The notes under the pieces are model-generated. The model made no database searches. It was not told the DNA's origin and worked only from the letters and a program-made list of their open reading frames with translations. Positions 41,518 through 55,572 of a stretch of DNA of 64,000 nucleotides are shown here, in pieces. The translations under genes were made by a program, and so were the position numbers. This DNA comes from Octopus vulgaris (Eukaryota). Each line of letters begins with the position of its first letter. Positions within the stretch are counted from its first letter, which is position 1. The stretch lies in contig OX597823.1 of NCBI GenBank assembly GCA_951406725.2, positions 31,620,001 through 31,684,000 on the forward strand. Reading direction: 5' to 3'.

Positions 41518-41931
41518 TCAACTCCGAATTGTCTCTCTCTTCAGGGAAAGTGGTTCAGACATCATCACTGGCTTTTGTAGAATGAGCAGTTCACTTTTGT
41601 CGGCAAATCTCTGTAGGGCGTCGTATTTTTGTCGCAATGAGTCCAGTTCCATTTTGACCACGTTGTTCTCTCGTTGCAGCCGGTACACCTCGGCCCGTAG
41701 CTTTTCTCTCTCAATTTCCAACTCCTCTTTCTGTGATATCCGCTTCTCACGGCAGTTGGCAGCATAGCCTCTGTTCTTCAGTGTACGTCGACGCTGCTTT
41801 AGACGCGACACTTGCTCTCTGGTGAGACCCTTCACTACTTGGTTTAGTTCTTTCACAGTGAGTCGGACAAGTTCATCATCGGACAAGTCAAACAGGCGAG
41901 CGTTGTCCGATTTGACTTGCGATAGGAAAAT
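41518..41931 (-). CDS. MAFK: Small Maf bZIP transcription factor (MafF/MafG/MafK-type), terminal coding exon
   Basis: [72 protein letters not shown]...[12 protein letters not shown]: Maf extended homology region, basic region and leucine zipper. Polypyrimidine tract plus TAG acceptor at 41932-41960 (phase 0); TGA at 41518-41520. The symbol denotes the small-Maf group, not one-to-one orthology. Confidence 0.93.
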   Translation of the reverse strand: MFLSQVKSDNARLFDLSDDELVRLTVKELNQVVKGLTREQVSRLKQRRRTLKNRGYAANCREKRISQKEELEIEREKLRAEVYRLQRENNVVKMELDSLRQKYDALQRFADKSELLILQKPVMMSEPLSLKRETIRS

Positions 41932-42064
41932 CTACAAAGAGAGAGAGAGAAAGAGAAAAAATAAGGAATTGATGAGAAATTAAAAAAAAACAAAACAAAT
42001 AAATTAAAATAGAATAATTAATACAGATTAATAAACAAAGCAGAATAATGTTCATAATTTAATT

Positions 42065-42293
42065 CTTTATTGCCCACAGGAGGCTAAACAAAGTGGGGAC
42101 AAACAAGGACAGACAAAGGGATTAAGTCGATTACATCGAACCCCAGTGTGTAACTGGTACTTATTCAATTGACCCCGAAAGGATAAAAGGCAAAGTGAAC
42201 CTCAGCAGAATTTGAACTCAGGACATAACAGCAGACGAAATACGACTAAGCATTTCGCCCGGCGCGCTAACGACTCTGCCAGCTCACTGCCCT
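42065..42293 (-). mobile_element. Meta-like SINE (group 2), alternative 3' tail
   Basis: Group 2 head and centre with tail ccctttgtctgtccttgtttgtcccc...gtgggcaataaagaa (also at 51269-51494). Confidence 0.85.
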
Positions 42294-42635
42294 TATAATG
42301 TTTATAATAATAATTTCTTATATTTAGCCAAACATTTCATTAGAGACAATATCAGTGAAATACCTGGGTCAATGACATTCAAACCGGTTATTTGATTGTT
42401 ACATATTGAGATAAGCTGGTTTTGAAATCATAATGTAAAGGAACAACAACAACAACTATGTTCTAAATTAGGCAAAAGAGGGACGGTGAGACATTTACAT
42501 AATCAAGTAGCCTTTTTCTGGATGCAGTCTAAGATTTGTGTGTGTGTAGCAGCGGCAGCACTGTTCCAATTGTAAGAGCAAATACCCTTTATAGATCTCA
42601 CATCAATAATTGCTGGGGGGGGGGGGATGAAGTAC

Positions 42636-42712
42636 CTGCTGGACTTGAAGAGAAGGACCAGTGATCGGAATATAACCGTTTGTTAAGGATGCACTTTCCC
42701 CAGGGAAGATCC
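42636..42712 (-). CDS. Candidate upstream exon of the small Maf gene
   Basis: Non-repetitive island with cttaccAG acceptor and CAG/GTACTT donor; open frame GIFPGESASLTNGYIPITGPSLQVQQ joins the terminal exon in phase 0. No homology recognised. Confidence 0.35.
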
Positions 42713-43104
42713 CTGGTAAGTGATGAGAGATCAAGTCGTATGCTGTCCATGTTTAAAGAATATTTGAAATAAACAACAGTGAAAGAACATGAGTTGCCCA
42801 CAAGAAATCAAAAATAGAATGGGAAAACACACACAAATACTGCAAGAGAGAGAGGAGCATATATATATAGATACATAAATACCCACCCACACATATATAT
42901 GTACACACACACACGAATTGAGAGAGAGCATGTGAATTCCATGGAGTAAATAGGAAGTGACATCCTTGAGGTGGTTTTATGTCAGTGTGTTACACAATCG
43001 CCTTTTACATTGTTATTATTATTATTATTATTATTTATACTGACAACATTCTTTCATGTGATACATGAGTTTTATTTTGGAAAACTGATCTGTGGGAAAA
43101 AACA

Positions 43105-43142
<38 letters not shown>

Positions 43143-43183
43143 AAAAAAAAAGACAACTAAATAATGCTTTTCTTTACAGTCTG

Positions 43184-43228
<45 letters not shown>

Positions 43229-43689
43229 TTCCCACTCTCTTGTCTATCATGCACTGATAAATGACATATCACGCAATAATGATTTATTAATAGTAATAAA
43301 CAATTTTGATTATGAGTTTCAGCTTTTCTTCGCAGTTAGTGGCAAAATCTTTTGCATTTTACAATAAATTATTATTATTATTATTATTGTTCAGGTGGTG
43401 AGCTGACAGAAACATTAGCACACCAGACAAAATGCTTGGAAGCATTTTCTCCAACTTTATTTAATAATAATAATATGAATAAGAATAAGAATAATGATGA
43501 TGATGATAATCCTCTCTACTATAGGTACAACGCCTGAAAATTCTGAGAAGGGAAATAGTCAATTACATCAACCCCAGTGTTCGACTTTGGTGAGATTTGA
43601 ACTCAGGAAGTAAAGTCAGAAGTAATAGCCATTAAGAATTTTGTCTGCTGCGCTGACAATTCTGCAAGTTTACCATCAAACAACAGTGC

Positions 43690-44040
43690 TTAATAATTGA
43701 CATGGCAGTGCCAGGAGATCAACATATCATCAGGAAAGAAAGAGAAAAGGTTGATAAATATTGACACCTGAGAACTGAGATAGTTAAGATGTGGCAGCTA
43801 CGAGGGTCAAACATAAAAGTTATTGTTATCGGAGCATTGGGTTCAATACCACCCAATCTGGAAAAACATCTGGAAACTTTAGAAATACCCTACAATCTAG
43901 ATGTATTGCAAAAGTCAGCATTACTTACTTGGAACTGCACACATATTGCGTAAAGTACTGTCTGTCTGAGGTCCTTGTTATGACTTGACAAACAGTACAA
44001 ACCCCCCTGGTGGACACAATATCTTCAATGAACAACCTCA
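43690..44040 (+). mobile_element. R4/Dong-like LINE 3' fragment (endonuclease C-terminus)
   Basis: LIIDMAVPGDQHIIRKEREKVDKY*HLRTEIVKMW..IVIGALGSIP..LQKSALL.GTAHILRKVL. Confidence 0.82.
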
Positions 44041-44057
44041 CAATATTGTATACTGTG

Positions 44058-44454
44058 TGACCCCAGTGTTCAATTGGTACTTATTTTATCGACCCCAAAA
44101 GAATAAAAGGCAAAGTTGATCTTGACGGAATTTGAACTCAGAACGTAGCAATGGGCAAAATACTGCTAAGCATTTTGCCCAGTGTGCTAACAATTCTGCC
44201 AGCTTGCCACCTTAATAATAATAATAACAACAACAATTCTTTATACTATAGGCACAAGGTGTGAAATTTGTGGTGAACTCTTAGGGTTAACCCTAACCCT
44301 AATGAATCAGATTAACTTTAATGCTCAGCTGGTACTTTTTTTTTTTTTTGTCCCTGCAAGGACGAAACGCAAAGTCAACTTCAGTGGCATTTGAACTCAG
44401 AATGTAAAGCACTGGAAAGAAATGACACTAACGACTCCACTAATTTGCCGCCTT
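44058..44454 (-). mobile_element. Two tandem Meta-like SINEs (group 2)
   Basis: Copies at about 44058-44213 and 44240-44454; further partial copies at 43392-43450 and 43510-43675. Confidence 0.82.
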
Positions 44455-44774
44455 GATAACAACAGCAACAAAAACAACAAAGAAACATGCTTAAAAACTG
44501 AAAATATGTTGACAAACAAAATAGTAAGAGGAGCAAAAACTGAGACGTAAATATTTAGGAAGTCAACAAAGGCATCCATTGTAATGACCAATGTGAAGGG
44601 GAGAAGAGAGAGGGAGTGAGAGTGACCAGTTGTATTATAAATTATAAACTTAGCAATAGTTGAGGAGTGTAACATTATTAAGCAAAGAAATCTGTGACAG
44701 TTTTAAACCTAAACAACTACTGCTACCTACTGAATAGAACATTGTACCACAGCGTGTATGTGTATGAGTATGTG

Positions 44775-44805
<31 letters not shown>

Positions 44806-44991
44806 TGTACATACGTATGTATGTATGCTAAAAGCACCATGTTATCTCAACCAGGTTTGGAGAAAATAAAAAAGTTACACAGCCTGTAGCCTTCTCTTTG
44901 AAAAACTGTACCCTACATGCAATATATCTGATACCCAGGTACAAAACTGTGGCATACAACTTGGAAAATACATAGATACAATTACATGCAG

Positions 44992-45067
<76 letters not shown>

Positions 45068-45161
45068 GGTAAGACAACAAAAGAATGAAAGAAACCTCAA
45101 TATTATGAAAATAGAGGAATTTATCTGTAAATGTAAAATGTGACAATTATTGGGTAGCCAT

Positions 45162-45222
45162 GATAAAACTTCGAGTTTCGGATATCGGGGTGGAAATCTA
45201 CGTCAACATCTCTTCAGTTATC
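45162..45222 (-). ncRNA. Minimal type-I hammerhead ribozyme motif (family D)
   Basis: GAUAA CUGAAGA GAUGUUG-loop-CGAUAUCC GAAA CUCGAAG UU UUAUC, within element 45061-45252 flanked by (TA)n. Confidence 0.65.
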
Positions 45223-45366
45223 TAGCTACCTATGGCCAGTAACTGAAGAGATACATATATGTGTGTGTGTGTGTATATATAAATATATATATTACATATA
45301 GGGTTCTCGTTGGATGTTTGGTTCAAGAATTTTCATGTGTGAGTGTGTACATACACACACCCATAC

Positions 45367-45421
<55 letters not shown>

Positions 45422-45464
45422 AATACATATATATATATATATACACATCTATGTATTTGTGTGC

Positions 45465-45970
45465 CTGTGTCTGTCCTTCTACCATCGCTTGACAACCGAC
45501 GTTGGTGTGTTTACGTCCCTGTTACTTAGCAGTTCGGCAAAAGGGACTGATAGAATAAGTACCAGGCTTACAAAGACTGAGTCCTGGGGTCAATTTGTTC
45601 AACTGAAAGGCAGTGCTCCAGCATGGCCACAGTCAAATGCCTGAAGCAAGTAAAAGAATGAGTGAAGGCATGGTTGTGTGATTAAGCAGTTCACTTCGCA
45701 ACCCCATGGTTTCAGGATCAGTCTCACTACACAGCACCTTCAGCACTTTTTTTTTTCTCAACTATAGTCCTCAGTTGACCAACAACCTTGCAATTGAATT
45801 TGAGTGATGGAAACTGTATGGATGCTCACTGTGCTTCTGTGTGCATATGGTTGAGCTCCACACTGCTTAATAATGGGAGCTGGTTTATTTATGCCCTAAT
45901 AACCCTTCAAAGCAGTACACTAGCATGGTCGCAGTCTAATGAATGTAACAAGTAGAGGAATGAAAGAATA
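45465..45970 (+). mobile_element. Two adjacent CORE-type SINE pieces (group 1)
   Basis: 3' half at 45465-45660 followed by a diverged copy at 45665-45970. Confidence 0.75.
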
Positions 45971-46130
45971 CTGCGCATGTGTGTGTGCAAATATATATAC
46001 ATATTTGTTATATTTGGGGGTAGTTTTTTTTTTATTGCCAAATAACCATACGCACTATATACTCATTCTATATACTCACACTATATACTCATTCTTCACT
46101 TCACCTTTATTATTATTATTATCATTATTA

Positions 46131-46340
46131 AGGTGGCGAGCTGGCAGAATAGTTATCACGCCAGGTGAAATGCTTGGCGGTATTTTGTCTGCCGCTACAT
46201 TCTGAGTTCAAATTCTGCCGAAGTTGACATTGCCTTTCTTCCTTCTGGGGGTCAATGAAATAAGTACCAGTTGAGCACTGGGGTCAATGTAATCAACTCA
46301 TCCCCACCTCCCCAAACTGCCCTTGTGGCAAAAATTTGAA
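46131..46340 (+). mobile_element. Meta-like SINE (group 2) nested in inverted-arm element 46006-46660
   Basis: Homology to 4545-4762. Confidence 0.85.
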
Positions 46341-47043
46341 ATTATTATTATTATTATTTTCATTATTATTATTTTAGTGTCCTTTGTCTGGAAATCTTTC
46401 TTCACATATCCCTGTGACCTCTTCAGCAACTCTCCATCTCGTGTGTCTCCAGGAAGTATGATGAAAGATTTCAGACAAAGGACACTAAAAAAAAGAATGA
46501 TGATGATAATAATAATAATAATAATAATAAAACTGAAGTGAAGAACGAGTCTATAGTGTGTGTGTGTGTGTGTGGGGGGTTAATTGGCAAAAAAAAAAAA
46601 AAAAGGCCATCCCCAAAAATAATATCTGTTTCAACATAGGATTTCACATCAGGAATCTTAGAAAACAAATACATAAACATATATTTGTTTTTAGGTTCAG
46701 TTAAAATAAAAACAAATTTACATTAATCTGATGAGTTACTCAACAGTTTTGAAGATACAAAGTTATCATTCTTCAACAAGAGTTTCGGTTAGCTCATCCA
46801 ACCAAAACTTTGAAGTCACTGTCAACGACATTCTTGTTCAAGAATAAATAAATACACACACACACACACCAATTCACAGCTATACCCAACTTTGTTTTGG
46901 ATTATGAAGGCTTAAAATATAATGCAATGAATTCACATTATTTTTGATAGTTTGAAAAAATTGCTGACAATCTTCAAATGGCCCAGAAATATTAATTCAC
47001 ACAAAATTGTTCCATCTAATTAATTAGAGGACAAAATGAATAC

Positions 47044-47450
47044 TTTAATCTTTCCATTACCATATTTCTGTTGAAATACACTGTCCTTGTTTCAATTAAT
47101 TTTTCAGAATAATGAAGCAACCAGTAAAATCACTTTACCATAATTAAACTGACATTTGGAACACAAAAATTTGGACGGGAGGTTTAATCCTTTCGATACC
47201 AACCCGCCTGAAACTGCCTCTGGCTCAGTACTACAAATGTCCATGAAACCTTAGCCACAATTTATGTTCCTATCATTAGCTTAATGGTAACTAAGTTACT
47301 TTACTAAATTCTTTGTTATATTTAAAATTAATTGAAAGAAACACAGAGCATCTCAACAGAAATACGGTAACAAAAGGATCAAATTTAGAACACTTTAAAA
47401 GAGGAAGTTTGTATCATAGAAGCAGTCTAAGGTGGGTTGGTATTGAAAGA
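47044..47450. mobile_element. piggyBac-like MITE nested in an opposite-orientation copy of itself
   Basis: Inner copy 47184-47382 (ttaatcctttcgataccaacc...ggtaacaaaaggatcaa); outer halves 47044-47185 and 47383-47450 match its reverse complement; TTAA-CCTTT-like termini. Confidence 0.55.
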
Positions 47451-47564
47451 CATAAGATTTGAAGTTTGTATTATAACACTAAGGGTAGTTTCAAATGGAA
47501 TGGTACCAAAAGAGTATTCATAAGCAACTATAAGAGTTAAACTTTTATTCTTACAGTTTTATAA

Positions 47565-47890
47565 ATGAGGGTGTGTAACTTAGTGGTTAGTGTGTTTGGC
47601 TCACAATCATAAGGTCAGGACTTCAATTCCCGGCAGTGCGTTGTGCCCTTGTGCAAGGCACTTTATCTCACGCTGCTCCAGTCCAGTCAGCTGGCAAAAA
47701 TGAATTGTACCTGTATCTAAAAGGAGTCAGCCTTGTCACATTCTGTGTCATGCTGAATCTCCCCGAGAACTATGATAAGGGTATGTGTGTCCGTGGAGTG
47801 CTCAGCCACCTGCACATTAATTTCACGAGCAAGTTGTTCTATTTATTAGATCAACTGGAACCCTCATCATCGTAACCAATGGTGTGCAAT
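47565..47890 (+). mobile_element. tRNA-derived SINE (group 3, body B + tail Y)
   Basis: Body shared with the 19180 copy; tail (ccccgagaact...ggagtgctcagccac...caactggaaccctc) shared with the 9182 copy. Confidence 0.82.
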
Positions 47891-47947
47891 GAACATAAGT
47901 TCTGGGGTAATATGTCTTATTACTATTATTATCTAAGTGGTGAGGTA

Positions 47948-48500
47948 AGGCAGTGTACTGACAGAATCGTTAGCATGCCGGGTAAAATACTTAATGGCAT
48001 TTCATCTGCCTTGAAGTTCTGAGTTCAAATTCTGCTGAGATCAAATCTGTCTTTTATCCTTTCAGAGTCGATAAAACAAGTATCAGTTGAGTACTAGGGT
48101 CAATGTAACTGACTAGCTCCTCTCCCTTAAATTTCAGGCCCCTTGTGCATATAGTAAAAAGGATTATTTAAGTGGTGAGACAACAGACTCATTCATTAAT
48201 GCACCAGAAAAATGCTTTGTGCCCTTAGTTCTAGCCCTTTTCATACAGAATTCAAATCGTGCCAAACTCAACCTTTACCTTCCACCCATTTTTTTGGAGG
48301 GGGGGGGATCCGATAAAGTAAGTACCAGTTAAATACTCAAGTCAGTGTAATCATCTTGCCCCCTCCCTCAAAATTTCAGGCCCAGTGCCTATAACGGAAA
48401 GACTTAATTAAGGGGGCAAGTTTGAATTCTGCAAGGGTCAAATTTGCCTTTCATCCTTCGAGGGTTGATAAAATTAAATATCAGTCAAGTAATGGGGTTA
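47948..48500 (+). mobile_element. Tandem cluster of two to three Meta-like SINEs (group 2)
   Basis: Repeated gagttcaaattc...cctttcatcctt...gataaa motifs. Confidence 0.78.
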
Positions 48501-49204
48501 AATAGAAATAACAATAATAATAATGATAATATCATCAATAATTAATAATAATAATAATAATAATTGCTGCTATTCTTCTTATTATTGCTGTTGTTGTTAT
48601 TATTTTCAAAATACTGGGTTAATTTCCAAAATTACTCTTAATTATTTATCTAATTAGCAACTTTTTCCAGTGTTTGATGCAGTCTTGGGTATTTATATTT
48701 GTGTGTGTGTGTGAGTGTGTATGCACATGCGCACACACATATGATCTATTTCAGAAATTTCTTATACATTTTCAGCAAACAGCAACAAATATCAGAAAGG
48801 GGGTCAGGGGTCATATGTGAGTCGATAAAATGACAAAGGAAACAAACAAATGACAAAACTTAATAATTTTAAAACTGTTTTGAACTTTGCAAAGCTGCTC
48901 AATGCTTTTGTAAACAGAAGAAGAATTAAATGGTTACAAACTATCTTCTCTTCTCACTTGTATATTATGCATACACATGTAGATTATACATACATACATA
49001 TATACACACACATACATACACACACATATATACAGATGTATTCACACACACATATATATATATACACACACCTACACGTATATATACACACACCTGATGA
49101 TGATATCAGAGATACATATAAGATGAAACACATTTTAGAGACAGAGTTGCTGTATAATCAATATTTTATATTATTTATATATCTACACACACACACACAT
49201 ATAT

Positions 49205-49259
49205 ATTAGATAGATAGATAGATAGCTAGATAGATAGATAGCTAAATAGACAGACAGAC

Positions 49260-49298
<39 letters not shown>

Positions 49299-49670
49299 AA
49301 GGAAGATAGATAGATATAAAGAGATAGATAGATAAATAGAAAGGAAGATAGATAGATAAATAGATAGATAGATAGATGATAGACAGACAGACAGATAGAT
49401 AGATATAAAGAGATAGATAGATAAATAGAAAGGAAGATAGATAGATAAATAGATAGATAGATAGAAAGGAAGATAGATAGATAAATATAAAGAGACAGAT
49501 AGATAAATAGATAGATAGATAGATAGAAAGGAAGATAGATAGATAGATATAAAGAGATAGATAGATAGATAGATAGATAGAGAAATAGATAGATATAAAG
49601 AGATAGATAAATAGATAGATAGATAGATAGATAGAAAGGAAGATAGATAGATAAATAGATAGATATAAAG

Positions 49671-49705
<35 letters not shown>

Positions 49706-49744
49706 AAGGAAGATAGATAGATAGATAAATAGATAGATATAAAG

Positions 49745-49804
<60 letters not shown>

Positions 49805-49830
49805 GGATGGATAGATAGATGGATGGATAG
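49205..49830. repeat. (GATA)n-derived satellite with higher-order variants
   Basis: Recurring gatagaaaggaagata, gataaata and gatataaagagata interruptions. Confidence 0.92.
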
Positions 49831-50872
49831 ATATGATGTATAAAGAGATAGATGTACAGACAACTGAGCATAAAACAATCTGAATTAATGATGACTGCAA
49901 CAAGAAGAAGGAAACAGCTTGTGATAAGCTGTATTGCAGGATGACCAGATCTCATTGGTTGCAAGCAATAAAAGAAGAGTCTAAGTAATATATGTAAAGC
50001 AATTTGTACTCAATCATATATTTAAAAAAAATAAAAGAAGAAAGAAGTGAAATAAAAAAAATATTTAAAAAAAAAACGGAGAAAAGAACCCCTAAAATCA
50101 AATTGCACTGTTGATGCACCGCCCCAATTGCACTAGTTGCTCTCTCATTTAAATATGTAAATGAGGGAACATTGAACAGTAGGAGGGAAATTGTATTGTG
50201 TGCCATGCATGTGAGAGAGAGAGAGAGAGAGAAAGAGGGAATGGTATAAAAAGAGGGAGATATCTCTTTCTTTAACAATGTAATGCACCAATGTTAGTGG
50301 TTTGGTGGTGGTGGTGGTGGTGGTGGTGATACTTTATGCGGTGAAGGTGGAGTTTACTGCACTTGAAAGTATGGAAGTAAAAAAGGAGCATAAATAAAAA
50401 AAAAGCAGGACAGAAAAATAATTAACAATATGTATGAATAGATAATGTGGAGGTGTGTGTGCATGTGTACATATATTTATTGTGTGCGTGTATATGTGTG
50501 TGTGATGTGTATGTATGCTGTCTAAAAGCTTGTGTGTGTTGTGTACATAGCAGCAGAGATGGTCAGAGAGAGAGAGAAAGAGAATTTTTTTTGTCCAATA
50601 TCAACAGCAATACCACTACTAACTCATTACCTATCCTCATGGCCACCACTGCAGAATGTAAATAAAATAAATAAAACTATGATGTGGAGCCCCAACCATA
50701 AACACACTGAGATGTATTAGTGGGGGAGGAGGAGGGGAGAGAAGGAGGATGTAGAAAAGAAGAAAGATGATGTGAATGGGAAGGAGACAGATAGAAACAT
50801 AAGTAGGCAGATTAGATAGAGAGACACATTAAGTGTGAACATATATATATATGTGTGTGTGTGTATATGTAT

Positions 50873-50926
<54 letters not shown>

Positions 50927-51268
50927 GTGTATATATATATGATATATATATGTTCATACACATACAATTTAAATGTGTGTGTGTGTGTGTATAAGTGTAT
51001 ACATACACACACATAATTGTTAGTTATATATATGCCTGGCATAAGCGTCTAAAGTCCTAGGACTCCTGGGGCTTCTAGTTATTCACTTTCCATACTTCTC
51101 AAGTGACCACAATGACCAGATTTCCTGGAACAGGATGCTGGTCACTGACAAGGGTTACTCATTTCATGAAATGAAGTGCCTTGCTCAAGAATACAATGCA
51201 TTCACTGGTTAACTAAACATACACATAACTAACTCTATAAACACACACACACACATATATATATATAT

Positions 51269-51494
51269 GGTGGTGAGCTGGCAGAATTATTAGCATGCCG
51301 GACGAAATACTTAGTGGTATTTCGTCTGCCGTTACGTTATGAGTTCAAATTCCGCTGAGGTCGGCTATGCCTTTCATCCTTTTGCGGTCGAGTGAGTAAG
51401 TACCAGTTACACACTGGAGTTGATGTAATCGACTTAATACCTTTGTCAATCCTTGTTTGTCCCCTCTATATTTAGCCCCCTGTGGGCAATAAAG
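51269..51494 (+). mobile_element. Meta-like SINE (group 2)
   Basis: Homology to 42065-42293. Confidence 0.88.
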
Positions 51495-51917
51495 GCATAC
51501 ATATATGCACATATATAGACACACACATACACAAATATATATACATATTAATTAGTGATTGATAATTAATTACAATGAACTTATTGTATATAATGCTTGG
51601 GTATTAGTAGACACACACACACACAAGTATATACATCCTTATTTTACAGTTATGATGTACATATATATATTTAGGTGTATATCTCTCTCTATATATATGT
51701 GAGTGTATGTATATATATATATAAGTATACATATGTGTGTGTGTGTGTGCACACATGCACAACTTACAGAAACCAATTTTTAGAAAAGGCACATTCTGCT
51801 CTTGCCTGTTTTTATGGGTGACAAAACTGGTTTCTAACATCAAGGGTAATCTGGTTATGGAACACTGTTGCAGAAGACACTCCGAGCCTAAAACAATGCT
51901 AAATTATGTCTAGGTTA

Positions 51918-52130
51918 AGGCAGTGAGCTAACAGAAACGTTAAACACGCCGGGAGAAATGCTTAGCGGTATTTCGTCTGTCTTTATGTTCTGAGTTCAAA
52001 TTCCGCCGAGGTCGACTTTGCCTTTCATCCTTTTGGGGTCATTAAATTAAGCACCAGTTGTGTACTGGGATCAATCTAATCGACTGGATCCCTCCCCAAA
52101 TTTGTCAGATCTCGCGCCTAGAGTAGTAAA
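51918..52130 (+). mobile_element. Meta-like SINE (group 2)
   Basis: Homology to 4545-4762. Confidence 0.88.
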
Positions 52131-52193
52131 GATGTCTAGGTTTGCATGCATATATATATGTATGTGTGTGTATAAGTATGTACAGCTATTGTA

Positions 52194-52227
<34 letters not shown>

Positions 52228-52346
52228 GGAGTAAGTACATATATGTGAAACAGGGTGGAAAAAAGAATACTCAAATACCAGGGGTAGAGAACGGGAGCGT
52301 GAAACTAACAGTTTTTGTGATATTTCATCTGCTTTTAATAAAGTAA

Positions 52347-52413
<67 letters not shown>

Positions 52414-52912
52414 AACAAATGAATGCATATACATAGATTATATATATACATATATATATATATATGCATTCATATACAAAGATATGTAAATATATGTATA
52501 TGTATGCATGTTTACAGATTGTATGTATGAGCATGCACCCATGCACACACACACACACACACACATTCAGAGACAGGCTGATAATTTGTCAAGATATAGA
52601 GATAGATAAAATAGATAAACAGACAGAAAGACAGTAAGCAAGAGCTGCAATATATAGTGTGAGATGATGTATGGAGACGGAGGGGTGGGGGGATGACAGA
52701 AGATGTGGCAAGGCGCTGGTGATGATGGAGGGGGAGAAGTTGAAGTGGCAATGTAATTAAATGATAGCTTATTAGTGAAATCATGTAATTATCTAAACAC
52801 CATATGTGTTACACAAGGAAACTAAAATTTGAGATAAAAACACAGGGAGGAGGAGGAGGCGAAGGGAGAGAGAGAGATGACAGACAAAGAAAAAGTTTAG
52901 GTTTATGAAGAT

Positions 52913-52955
<43 letters not shown>

Positions 52956-53678
52956 TAATGTTTTCCTAACAGAAATGATTTATGCCCCATTAATACGTAC
53001 ATGTTCATACATGCTTACATATAGCATTCTACACTACAATCTTTTAGCAGGTGCCCATGCTGGAGCCATGCTTTGAAGGGACTTCAATCAATTGTATCTC
53101 CTGATACATACAGACACACACACACACACACACAAAATCATCATTATCATTTTAATGTTCACTTCTACATGCTCATATGGGTCACACTTAATTTGCTAAG
53201 GCAGACTTTCGATAGCTGGATGCCCTTCACTTCTTCCCAAATAAGGTGAATTATATATATATATACATACATACATATATATATATACACACACACACAC
53301 ATATATATATACACATACATATATACACACACACACATATATATATATATATACATACATACATACACACACACACATATATATATATATACATACATAC
53401 ATACATACACACACACATATATATATATATATATACATACATACATATATATATATACATATATATATATATACATATATACATACATTTACACATATAT
53501 ATACATACATATATACATATACATTCATTTATACATATACACACATATATACACACACACACACACATATATATATATACACACATATATACACACACAC
53601 ACACACATATATATATGTATATACACACACACACACATACATACATATATATATATATACACACACACACATACATAC

Positions 53679-53763
<85 letters not shown>

Positions 53764-55572
53764 CTTACACACATATTTACACACACATATAAGAATAAAG
53801 TAAATAAATAGGCCCATATATAACTGGGTCCAGGAGCAATTTTTTATTTTATTTTGGAAAGCAGTAATTAGCCTGCAACCTATTTTATTGCTGTCTGTTT
53901 ACTAAATTTCTAAGTTCACCTTGGTATAAAGGTTTTTAACTCAGTACAGAAAACCATTAGGTACTTCAGTGCAACAGATTCACTCACATACCAAATTTTC
54001 TAAATCACTGGTGACCCCCAAAGCCATTTTGAGACACTTGTCTAAGTTACTGACTGTACAACAAAATCAAACAGAGCACCAGATAATTTGAAGCTAATGA
54101 CCTTAGAAACATGAAATATATTATCTGTAACATGGATAAAATTGAAATTTAGTGAAGAACTATTTAAACAGCATATTAGCAACAAACATTACTGTCCCAT
54201 CACGGGGCCAAAGTTTTAACTTGCTCAGATCCTAGTTTTACAAGAAGCAACAACAAAAGTACCATATTTAGTCATATACCATGCCCCAAATTTAGTGTTA
54301 AATCTTGGTACAAATTTTTTTCGCTTCATAGTTTTAGCTTTGCCTCATTAATAAATTGCATCCTGGTTTTTTTCTTCAATTTTTTCTTTTAAATTGTGTA
54401 TAATAACTGTAACAACAGCAGTTTGGATGCCGACCAAAACTCTTTTTTTTGTCCCCTCCTTACCTCCATATGCTATAAACTGAATCAAGACAATAAACTG
54501 TAGTCAGAATAATTAACAGAAACCAATTAATTAACACGATATTCTGATGAATACGGAGAATTAATTAAAAATAATTGTTTAATTATATAGATAAATATAA
54601 ACAGACATCTATGCAGACACAAACATCAGCAGACATGCATCCACATAATTGTTAACACTGTTTGGTTTTGTTTTTTTGCTAACCACCAAAACGCTGAATC
54701 TAGACCCAGGTGTGTGAAGGCATCAGGAAACACACACACACACACACACACAAGAACAGGGCGTTAAACAGTTTCCTGGTTGGTCTACCCTTTTCATTCT
54801 TCAGTGATTATTAAGAAGCTGATGAGTTTAGTATCCCCTACAGTAGTAATTCACAAACTGATAAATGCTGGGCATCCCTAATCCCTTCACAAAATACTAC
54901 TAAAATTTATTAACGAGTCAGCTTCTACAAAATTCTTCAGTAATGACAATGATGTTGGACAAGTTTATATCTAAAACTAGCATAACTTATTTTAATATAT
55001 GGTAATTTGTCAGCCCACTTTATACTCCTTACTAATATCATCATCATCATCATCATCATATGAAACGCTGTCCTATACAGCGGGACAGAGAAATTTATTT
55101 GTAGCAGCAAGCATTATCAGACATTTTACTCATCATAAATTGTTCGACAACACTAAAATATAATTGTTAACCAACAGCCTAGTACAGGACAGACAACATT
55201 ATATATACTTAAGTCATTCATAAAAATATATTTATGCCACAGCTAAGATTTAAGTAACAAAATTTTAATCAAAACTCATATTTACATCATAATATTAAGG
55301 GTCCCTACATCATATACATACATATGTGTATGTGTGTGTGTATACATATACATGTGTGTGTGTGAATATATACGTGTGTGCGCGTGTGTGTATGCAAACA
55401 TGAAGAGGTGCATGTGGACCAAGTACCCACAGGTTACCCGTTGTTGTTTCACACAATGGGTCACAATGAAGTATACACATTTATTCTACACTTCTGTAAA
55501 CACACACATACATGTGTGTGTGTAAATATATATATAAATATATATACTGCAAAAACTGAATATGTCCAATAT

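Noticed and set aside
42598-42801. Stand-alone 67-aa ORF or MDSIRL-starting first exon of Maf
   Set aside because: Its frame ends in phase 1 at the donor and hits a stop if joined to the strong phase-0 acceptor; it would need a weaker AAG acceptor 16 nt downstream.
46728-54825. Isolated CTGATGA heptamers at 46728, 54544 and 54819
   Set aside because: No suitably placed GAAA with supporting stems; expected by chance.
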